DNA of 11,593 nucleotides from UHGV virus genome UHGV-1887975. One strand, written 5' to 3'. This document shows positions 1-5,667 of this stretch, in pieces. The position numbers and the translations under genes are program-made. How positions within the stretch are numbered: position 1 is the stretch's first letter; the number at the start of each line of letters is the position of its first letter. The notes under the pieces were generated by a model. The model ran no database searches. It was not told the origin of the DNA and saw only the letters and a list, made by a program, of their open reading frames with translations. This stretch comes from a virus.

Positions 1-62
1 CATAAAGTAAGGTCAATTACGCCAAAAATGACATTTTCACTGATCCTGATCGTCTTGCCTTA

Positions 63-92
63 TTGAATATGATTGCTATTTGCATTTAAAAT
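63..92 (+). promoter_or_regulatory. tonB: Host tonB promoter: -35 TTGAAT (63-68), -10 TAAAAT (87-92), overlapping an AT-rich Fur-box-like segment (about 65-83, GAATATGATTGCTATTTGC)
   Basis: The hexamers are read directly, with an 18-nt spacer. I recognise the surrounding sequence as the E. coli tonB upstream region. The left flank joined to the right flank across the 13-bp core restores a contiguous tonB 5' region. Confidence 0.6.
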
Positions 93-128
93 CGAGACCT
101 GGTTTTTCTACTGAAATGATTATGACTT

Positions 129-141
129 CAATGACCCTTGA
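129..141. repeat. attL core, CAATGACCCTTGA
   Basis: It is identical to 11514-11526. It contains the tonB-derived ATG at 131-133, which here opens only a 4-codon mini-ORF (ATG ACC CTT GAA TAA, 131-145). Confidence 0.75.
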
Positions 142-148
142 ATAAAGT

Positions 149-156
149 CTATTCGG
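149..156. repeat. attP' arm inverted repeat CTATTCGG, partner of 11498-11505
   Basis: It is the perfect reverse complement of CCGAATAG at 11498-11505. The two arms lie 7 and 8 nt from the core, so they are symmetric about TGA|CCC in the core. Confidence 0.65.
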
Positions 157-258
157 TTTTCTTTAGATGTTCGCCTCACATAATCTTCAAGTGATGTTCC
201 TTACATCTCCCTAGAGCGTTAAGATAGTTAACTGATTGAGTTTTCAGGGTATGAAAGG

Positions 259-924
259 ATGAGCAACACTACTGATTGGGGAAGCATGATAGCCAACATA
301 GTTATGGCTACTACCGCTGTCTGGGCTGCATTCAAAGCTAATGACTGGTTTAAAACCAAGCGTCTTGAGAGTGCTGAAAACTTCTATAAAGAAGTACACA
401 ATCTCCATAAACGTTACTATTCAGCTATCCAATACGTTGAGGATTCAAGAAGAATATTTGATAGTCAGTATGGGTTGCATTCGCCAATATCTGAACCTAA
501 AGACAAGTCATTGCAATGGGAGGTTAAATCGAACTCTTACAAAATCATCGCTGAACTAGATTATCTGGCATCGTCACTACAAATGATGGATGCAATGGGT
601 AACAAACTTAGCCCTAAATCGGCTTCACTGGTTAGTGATATGATGGAAGCACATGGACGATTCTGTAATGATGTGATGAACTTCAATGACTCAGTTTGGA
701 AGGTTATAAGGGCAGGTATAACTGAAGAGAACATCCCACATACGCGAGGCTATGTGAACGGCGATTACATGGCTATCCTTACCAGTATGGATGAACCTGT
801 AAGAATATCTTTTAAGTTAAAAGAAATCAGTTTTAAAGATTTTTACTTACATGAAACTACTATGCAGTCAGTAATAACGAGGCTGAAATCGCTTATCGCC
901 AGAACAGGTAAAAACAGGACATAA
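259..924 (+). CDS. Hypothetical membrane-anchored protein, 221 aa, with one N-terminal TM helix (about residues 9-25) and a helical soluble domain
   Basis: It is a long ORF and the first gene inside attL, on the same strand as the tonB promoter. The hydrophobic segment is MIANIVMATTAVWAAF. The SD (GAAAGG) abuts the ATG, so the exact start is uncertain. Confidence 0.7.
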   Translation: MSNTTDWGSMIANIVMATTAVWAAFKANDWFKTKRLESAENFYKEVHNLHKRYYSAIQYVEDSRRIFDSQYGLHSPISEPKDKSLQWEVKSNSYKIIAELDYLASSLQMMDAMGNKLSPKSASLVSDMMEAHGRFCNDVMNFNDSVWKVIRAGITEENIPHTRGYVNGDYMAILTSMDEPVRISFKLKEISFKDFYLHETTMQSVITRLKSLIARTGKNRT

Positions 925-1112
925 ACAGGTTAGTACCTATGCAATTTAACGGTATTTTTCCAAGTATCTATGCAATCCTACACAGATTCTATACAGTATC
1001 GACATAGTTTCCTTTTGGTATAACTTATTGAAATATATAAAGAATCTGTGAAGCCCCTTTTCAGGGTAAACTGTATCGTGTTAGTCGTCCCTCTCTCGAC
1101 TCCTAGAAAAGT

Positions 1113-1142
1113 GCTATATACAGGGCTATATAATGCTATATA
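1113..1142. repeat. Three tandem GCTATATA units (1113-1120, 1125-1132, 1135-1142), including a perfect TATAAT at 1129-1134
   Basis: Read directly, with a period of 10-12 bp. This could be a promoter cluster or an easily melted AT-rich element. Confidence 0.5.
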
Positions 1143-2591
1143 GATAGTTGGTCACATGGTGTAACTATCAAACTACTTAACAGTTTCCTACGTGAAAGTT
1201 AGAAAGTGATAGTTATAGTTACCTTGTCAAATCTTCGTAGTCCATTCTTAAAAAATCACTTACAGACACCTTAATATCTATACAGATTTCATGTAGAACA
1301 CGATTAGTGCGTAGAAGAGTCATTATGTTAAAAACGAACTGTATACGTATCAGTACTGATTTATAAGGGTTTTGTGTATTTGAAGATAAGAGGCTATACA
1401 GCACCTTGAGAGCATGTCTTCTAAGTCATTGATACATAAGGTCACAGAAGTTTGTGTCTGTTACAGAGAAAACTGGATAGGACTTCACAGAACTACAAAA
1501 TGTTACAGCTATTGATAGGTGAAATCTTCTTGATAGATGCCTTGAAGTGTGGTGAAGGTTTCTTGAGGTGGAGCTAAACAGATGCTATGAAGAAAGTCAA
1601 TAGTTGGTTATAGATATTTTAACTGCTTTTGCAAAGGGGGTGCTGTATCGTGAATCTGGGGTACTTAACAGCCATCAATCATGAGGTAGATTCTACCGAA
1701 TCAACTGTGTAGATATTTTTTAAGATTATCGGTGAAGGGGGAATGCAGAGGGGGGTACTACGATTTTTATAAAAATTTTCAGAAGCCAAATAACTACTGT
1801 GTATATTTTGCACAATCCTGCCAAACCTCATAGAAAGCTCTGTAGCGAGTTTTAACCCCATTTTTAGGGGTAACCTGTAGGGATGTACCACCCACCTTAA
1901 AATAAAGGGGTAAAATCGCTTAGAATGCGTTACAGAGCGTCTGAGAAGCTATATTCACAGATTTTACTAAAGTCTCAGACTTCTAAGTAGTCTTTTTAAC
2001 GGGAGGGTTCTTTCTCATGTATCACCCTCTCTTCCCGCTAAGTAAGCTACACAGACCTAGAGAACATGCCTTCACAGCATCTATATCAGGTCAGATTTAG
2101 AGGGTTTTGATAGAATTTTCAAAGGTACTTGACAGATAACTATGAAGTTGTTAGGAAGAATTGTTTAACGGGAGGAAAGATACGATATAACCCGAAGGGA
2201 AAGTATCATCTTAACAGTGATTGTAAGAGATACCTGAAAAGCTCCTCTTAACAGAACTACCAAGAAGAGAGGGAACGATAAGACCAGAGGTAGTGACCTG
2301 TTAAATAGTTCGTTTCAAAGCTCTTAAGAGTCTGTTAAGTAAGGGCTATGTGAACAATCTTACCATTTTGTCAATGCTCTTGTCTTTGACCTAAATCAAT
2401 AAAATGTATCGTTTGATATGGTTTTAAGCAAGATGGCTAAAAATCTTTTTAGAGGGGCGCTTCGCTTGTGTCACTATGTTCTTTCTCTCCCTGTCTAAGA
2501 GGGGGGTTACAGAGGTCTTTCAAGTCTCAATAGACAAACCGAGGAACGCAGGAAACCGAGGGAAGAAAAACTATTGTGATTACCCTGAACA

Positions 2592-2625
2592 AGGTCTGTA
2601 AAGGTCGTTTAAGAGGTCGGTTAAG
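2592..2625. repeat. Three tandem iteron-like units: AGGTCTGTAA, AGGTCGTTTAAG, AGGTCGGTTAAG
   Basis: Read directly. The units are contiguous with a period of 10-12 bp. Confidence 0.6.
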
Positions 2626-2749
2626 AAAGGAGCTTCCCTCTCTGGGGTTGTCGCTCTTCTCTCGCTTGGTGGATTGATTAGGGGGTATGTTATACAAGCC
2701 CAACTAAGAAGACCTCTGAAGCTTACCTGTGAAGAAGCTGAACAGCTAT

Positions 2750-2802
2750 TATATTGGGTGATTACAACTCATTGAAAAATAAGCATTTTTAGAAATCACT
2801 GT
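2750..2802. repeat. 53-bp direct repeat, copy 1
   Basis: 49 of 53 positions match 2844-2896, at an offset of 94 bp. Confidence 0.85.
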
Positions 2803-2843
2803 TAAGGTTGCAGAGTTGTCTGTGAGGAGACTTGTCTGCTCTC

Positions 2844-2896
2844 TATATTGGGTGGTTACAACTTATTGAAAAATAAGAACTTTTAGAAATCACTGT
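2844..2896. repeat. 53-bp direct repeat, copy 2
   Basis: 49 of 53 positions match 2750-2802. Confidence 0.85.
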
Positions 2897-2998
2897 CAGA
2901 GAGGTGAATACTTGATAGATACAGCTTTCCGGTTCTGTCAAGTCATTTTTTAATAGATAGCATAAAATGCTAAAGATACCCCTATACCATCACGTACA

Positions 2999-3026
2999 GG
3001 GGGTTTTGAAGGGGGTTTAACGGGGG
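2999..3026 (+). repeat. Three G5 tracts at 11-12-nt spacing: AGGGGGTTTTGA, AGGGGGTTTAAC, GGGGG
   Basis: G5 runs at 2999-3003, 3011-3015 and 3022-3026. The third run overlaps the last codons of the minus-strand small ORF. Confidence 0.6.
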
Positions 3027-3193
3027 TCTGTGTGGTCATTATCCTTAAGGTCAAGCGTCCATGTACGACCGAACAGTTTAAAGACAACAAGCACTCTGAC
3101 GAGGACGTAGCGAAGTAGCAGGCCTGCAATAAGTCCAATACCTCCACCAGCCCATACATCAGGTGACCCCAATTCTGGAGGGAGATTTACCAT
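3017..3193 (-). CDS. Small single-pass membrane protein, 58 aa (MVNLPPELGSPDVWAGGGIGLIAGLLLRYVLVRVLVVFKLFGRTWTLDLKDNDHTDPR)
   Basis: The ATG at 3193 is preceded by AAGGA with a 6-nt spacer on the minus strand. The protein has a clear hydrophobic helix, and the segment is locally GC-richer than its surroundings. The track's longer version (to 3235) begins at a TTG with no SD. Confidence 0.4.
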   Translation of the reverse strand: MVNLPPELGSPDVWAGGGIGLIAGLLLRYVLVRVLVVFKLFGRTWTLDLKDNDHTDPR

Positions 3194-3410
3194 TAAATTT
3201 CCTTGTAAGACGCTCTCAATCGCATTCTGACACAAAAAAGTACCTGACCTTATAGTTGACCTGAAGAGGCCATTTAACTCGTTACAGAGCGATTGAAGAG
3301 GTCTGTGTGCAATGCAATAACCATGTGACCACTCTCATAGCCACGCCTCATATTTTACTCTCCCCATAGAACCATTATACCACAGATGTTAATGAAATGT
3401 TAAAAAGTGC

Positions 3411-3439
3411 TTGACATTAGTCTTTGAAAATGCTAGTAT
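3411..3439 (+). promoter_or_regulatory. Strong sigma70 promoter for the rightward operon: TTGACA (3411-3416), 17-nt spacer, extended -10 TGcTAGTAT (3431-3439)
   Basis: Hexamers and spacing are read directly. It is followed by two TTAACA boxes (3450-3455, 3461-3466) one helical turn apart, in an operator position. Confidence 0.65.
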
Positions 3440-3487
3440 TGTATATAAGTTAACAGAGGATTAACAATTATAAGGACTAGCTTATGA

Positions 3488-4042
3488 ATGAACGACAGAG
3501 AATTTAGAGCGATGCTTCAGGCATCAAGAGAACGCAACAAGCACAACTCCTACGCTTACACAAACAACCCCACCAGCTACGAACTACCAGCCTTTTCCAA
3601 ATCCGAACGTAAAAGCATTGAAGCGGTCATTCGTAGCATTACGCCACGAGGCAGATATATGCCAACACGCAAAACAACAAAGAATAACTTAAAAACTTTC
3701 TTGATGAGTTTTGACAGCTACGAACAATTACCGTCACGAATTGAAGATGTAATTATCGGCACTTGTCGCAGCTTTGGAAGGGATAACTATCACCGGAAAG
3801 TTTTCTATTTGCTTCGAAGCCTTGATGAGATTAACTCAAGCACAGTGACGAGCCATCTTCAAAGACAAGCAACCAGACTTAGCCACGAGCTACCATCTGA
3901 TAAGTATTGCGCTAATTTAACCACCATTTGCAATAAAGTTATCGAGACAATCAATCATCATGTTGGGGTTGGTAATATCAGCCTTACGACCAGTGAGCCA
4001 GACTTTGAATTTGACGTATACGCACAAGCAGAGGAATTTTAA
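3488..4042 (+). CDS. Hypothetical protein, 184 aa
   Basis: It is the first ORF downstream of the 3411 promoter. Its stop lies 1 nt before the next start. The SD is weak or distant. Confidence 0.7.
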   Translation: MNDREFRAMLQASRERNKHNSYAYTNNPTSYELPAFSKSERKSIEAVIRSITPRGRYMPTRKTTKNNLKTFLMSFDSYEQLPSRIEDVIIGTCRSFGRDNYHRKVFYLLRSLDEINSSTVTSHLQRQATRLSHELPSDKYCANLTTICNKVIETINHHVGVGNISLTTSEPDFEFDVYAQAEEF

Positions 4043-4043
4043 A

Positions 4044-4325
4044 ATGGGAAATAAACACACACTAACCAGAGTTACAAAGACAGCCTTTGAAGAACTTAAC
4101 CGAATCAAAAACATTACAGGTCTGCCACACTCAGCAGTGATGAAGCTTGCAATTAACCGTGATATTAACGAGCAGGATTTGCTTAATAGTCGTTTAGAGG
4201 CAGCAAGACACCATATCAGGATTAAGCAAGATGACCTTGATAGTCTGAAATCTTTAAATGCTTTTGGACTGGATTTAGCAAGGTTACTAAGTATCAAAAT
4301 TCACAAATTAGCGATGGAGGTTTAA
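4044..4325 (+). CDS. Putative ribbon-helix-helix (CopG/Arc-like) DNA-binding protein, 93 aa
   Basis: The ATG at 4044 is preceded by GAGGA with an 8-nt spacer. The N-terminus HTLTRVTKTAFEELNRIKNITGLPHSAVMKLAINR follows the strand-helix-turn-helix pattern of CopG-type RHH proteins. The track's 3960 start overlaps the upstream gene. Confidence 0.7.
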   Translation: MGNKHTLTRVTKTAFEELNRIKNITGLPHSAVMKLAINRDINEQDLLNSRLEAARHHIRIKQDDLDSLKSLNAFGLDLARLLSIKIHKLAMEV

Positions 4326-4711
4326 TGTATGACTTTTATAAACATCGTGACCATTTGGTAAGATTTGACGGTAAAGTCTGGAAAGACGTAACACAAACCA
4401 ATAAGCCCAAGTTTACCCACCAGCAATTAGCCTCAAGATTTGATATCTGGGCTGAAGCACAAAAAGATAATGGTGATTTCGAGTTTATCAGAGGTTTTGA
4501 TTATGCTTACGAAAGCGACCTTAAAGACGCCATTGAATTAATGGAGAACTTCAACTCTATTAAAAATAGTGACAAGCACAAAGCCAACGGTAACAGATAC
4601 GATAAAGATTTAATCATTGATGCAATCACCAAAGGACAATCACAAAGTTATATTTCTGAGAAATACGGCTTATCACGTAGTCAATACTACAAGATTAAAG
4701 CGTCTGTGTAA
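4325..4711 (+). CDS. Hypothetical protein with a C-terminal helix-turn-helix, 128 aa
   Basis: TAATG overlap with the upstream gene and a GGAGG SD. The C-terminus ITKGQSQSYISEKYGLSRSQYYKIK resembles resolvase/terminase-small-type HTH motifs. Confidence 0.75.
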   Translation: MYDFYKHRDHLVRFDGKVWKDVTQTNKPKFTHQQLASRFDIWAEAQKDNGDFEFIRGFDYAYESDLKDAIELMENFNSIKNSDKHKANGNRYDKDLIIDAITKGQSQSYISEKYGLSRSQYYKIKASV

Positions 4712-4849
4712 GTCTGTGAGAATGAGTGAGACTCAAAGATGAGCTACCCTATTACTAAGGTGTCTCACTCCCTCTGTAACCCGCATGGTTACTGGCCTCA
4801 GAATGGCTATTTTGGCAGATTTAAGATGTGTTTTTATAGGATTTTAAAA

Positions 4850-5173
4850 ATGAATAATTTCCCACTACAGATTTTTATTGATACCGACACCGCCATGATG
4901 ATTCAGGCTTTCACTGATGTAGGTGTTAGCATTGACTTTGATAAGTTGTTAGAGTTAATGGCTGATNATNCNGANANCATCTNTGACTTTATTCACTCGG
5001 TGGAGTTTAACGAGCCTCGAATGATGTTACCAATTACAGACAGTAATATGAAAAGATTGGTTATTGAGCAAACGAACAAATACAGTATTTCCCCAGAGCA
5101 ATTTTTGAAAGGTGCTGTGACAATCCTGTACAGCGATAATATTTTGGTTACGGATTCCGTGAGGGTTCACTAA
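4850..5173 (+). CDS. Hypothetical protein, 107 aa, containing 6 ambiguous bases
   Basis: The ORF is in the frame of the track's 4739..5173 entry. The ATG at 4850 (MNNFPLQ...) is preferred because 4739-4849 holds two hairpins and encodes an atypical Cys/Trp/His-rich peptide. The start remains uncertain. Confidence 0.6.
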   Translation: MNNFPLQIFIDTDTAMMIQAFTDVGVSIDFDKLLELMADXXXXIXDFIHSVEFNEPRMMLPITDSNMKRLVIEQTNKYSISPEQFLKGAVTILYSDNILVTDSVRVH

Positions 5174-5250
5174 TGGGCTTAATAATTGCTTGGACGTTGC
5201 TTGGCTTATTTGTTGGTTGCTGGGTGGGTAACACAGTAAATAAGAATTGA
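5173..5250 (+). CDS. Tiny hydrophobic peptide, 25 aa (MGLIIAWTLLGLFVGCWVGNTVNKN)
   Basis: TAATG start/stop overlap with the upstream gene. GAGGG SD at 5161-5165 with a 7-nt spacer. The sequence is TM-like. It falls below the ORF-track length cut-off. Confidence 0.45.
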   Translation: MGLIIAWTLLGLFVGCWVGNTVNKN

Positions 5251-5273
5251 TGTTATCAATCTGTTAAAAGCTG

Positions 5274-5302
5274 TTGACAAATAACCTTAAGCATGAGATG
5301 AT
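5274..5302 (+). promoter_or_regulatory. Candidate sigma70 promoter: TTGACA (5274-5279), 17-nt spacer, GATGAT (5297-5302)
   Basis: The -35 is perfect but the -10 is mediocre. It lies in a 495-nt intergenic gap. Confidence 0.3.
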
Positions 5303-5308
5303 GGTAAT

Positions 5309-5496
5309 AGGGGGCAACTCTTCCTGAATTAAACTATTAATCATTCTACATCAATGATAGTTATTCTGAGTTGGAAAGGTGCAATGCTTTTCGTCATGGC
5401 CTATTTAGCCCACACTAGATAGGCTATCTCAAAAAGTCTTTGTTTATTCATTGAATCCTTTACAGATTGCCCTAATCATGAGTTAGGGCGTTTTTT
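5309..5496 (+). ncRNA. Candidate sRNA of about 190 nt, between the 5274 promoter and the 5469-5496 terminator
   Basis: This rests only on the promoter-terminator pairing in an intergenic region. It contains an internal stem GCCTAT/ATAGGC and a 22-aa hydrophobic mini-ORF (5354-5422) that has no SD. Confidence 0.25.
5469..5496 (+). terminator. Rho-independent terminator: GCCCTAA / TTAGGGC stem, 7-nt loop, then GTTTTTT
   Basis: The 7-bp perfect stem (5469-5475 / 5483-5489) and the T-run (5491-5496) are read directly. Confidence 0.65.
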
Positions 5497-5667
5497 AAGA
5501 GTTTTTAAAGAAATTTCTTCACCAGCCCTTTATAGCGTTTTAGTTATCTAGGGCTTTTTCAGCTTTTAAAAAGCATACTTGGCAAACGCTTTTAAGTCTC
5601 TTCTAAGTTCGTAGGCTGTCAGGTGTGCTTTTTAAAAACTGAATATTACTTAGAAGAGGAAAAAACA

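Larger units (their letters stand above)
925..3410. other. ORF-poor, repeat-dense non-coding region; candidate ori/iteron/centromere field and/or long non-coding RNA
   Basis: The six-frame track shows only five short ORFs of 61-72 aa here, all on the minus strand. Only one of them has an SD. The region contains many exact short repeats far above chance (see findings). Confidence 0.6.

Noticed and set aside
1-66. CAT at 1-3 as the start codon of a divergent neighbouring host gene, and a short open frame ending at TGA 64-66
   Set aside because: Three bases at the window edge cannot support a gene call. The plus-strand frame overlaps the tonB promoter region and has no start within the window.
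341-559. 72-aa ORF nested in another frame of the 259-924 gene
   Set aside because: It lies entirely inside a longer, better-supported ORF, has no SD, and has a Lys/Ser/Thr/Leu-rich composition with no recognisable features. It is probably a frame artefact.
1181-1200. CCTACGTGAAA as a fourth copy of the GTGTGCTACGTGA box
   Set aside because: Only the ACGTGAAA part matches. It lacks the GTGTG prefix and the downstream conserved block, so the similarity could be chance.
1219-1891. Minus-strand ORFs 1219-1404 (61 aa) and 1679-1891 (70 aa) in the non-coding field
   Set aside because: I found no SD upstream of either start and no recognisable motif. Their length is about what chance produces in AT-rich DNA. 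I cannot fully exclude them.
2017-2100. 27-aa ORF (MYHPLFPLSKLHRPREHAFTASISGQI) downstream of TTTAACGGGAGGG, which could serve as an SD
   Set aside because: The spacing is acceptable, but the peptide has no features. The GGGAGGG is part of a repeated motif and a local hairpin (2000-2036). Evidence is insufficient to call a gene.
2750-2896. The 53-bp repeats read as a mini CRISPR array, or as genes for 12-aa peptides (TTG GGT GAT TAC...TAG)
   Set aside because: There are only two copies, and they are too long and too divergent for CRISPR repeats. No cas genes are present. All four differences between the copies change the putative peptide, and there is no SD or ATG.
2950-3159. 69-aa minus-strand ORF overlapping the 3017-3193 small ORF in another frame
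   Set aside because: The overlapping frame with the SD and the clean TM helix is the better candidate. This one has no RBS.
925-3410. The ORF-free region explained by stop-codon reassignment, or holding a tRNA, tmRNA or rRNA
   Set aside because: All flanking genes read cleanly in the standard code. TAA, TAG and TGA all appear frequent across the region, so no single reassignment obviously opens a long frame, though I did not check this exhaustively. I saw no T-loop (GGTTCGAATCC-like) or other tRNA/rRNA signatures.
3917-4297. 126-aa minus-strand ORF
   Set aside because: It is antisense to two tightly coupled plus-strand genes that have good SDs. It is a typical shadow ORF with no RBS.
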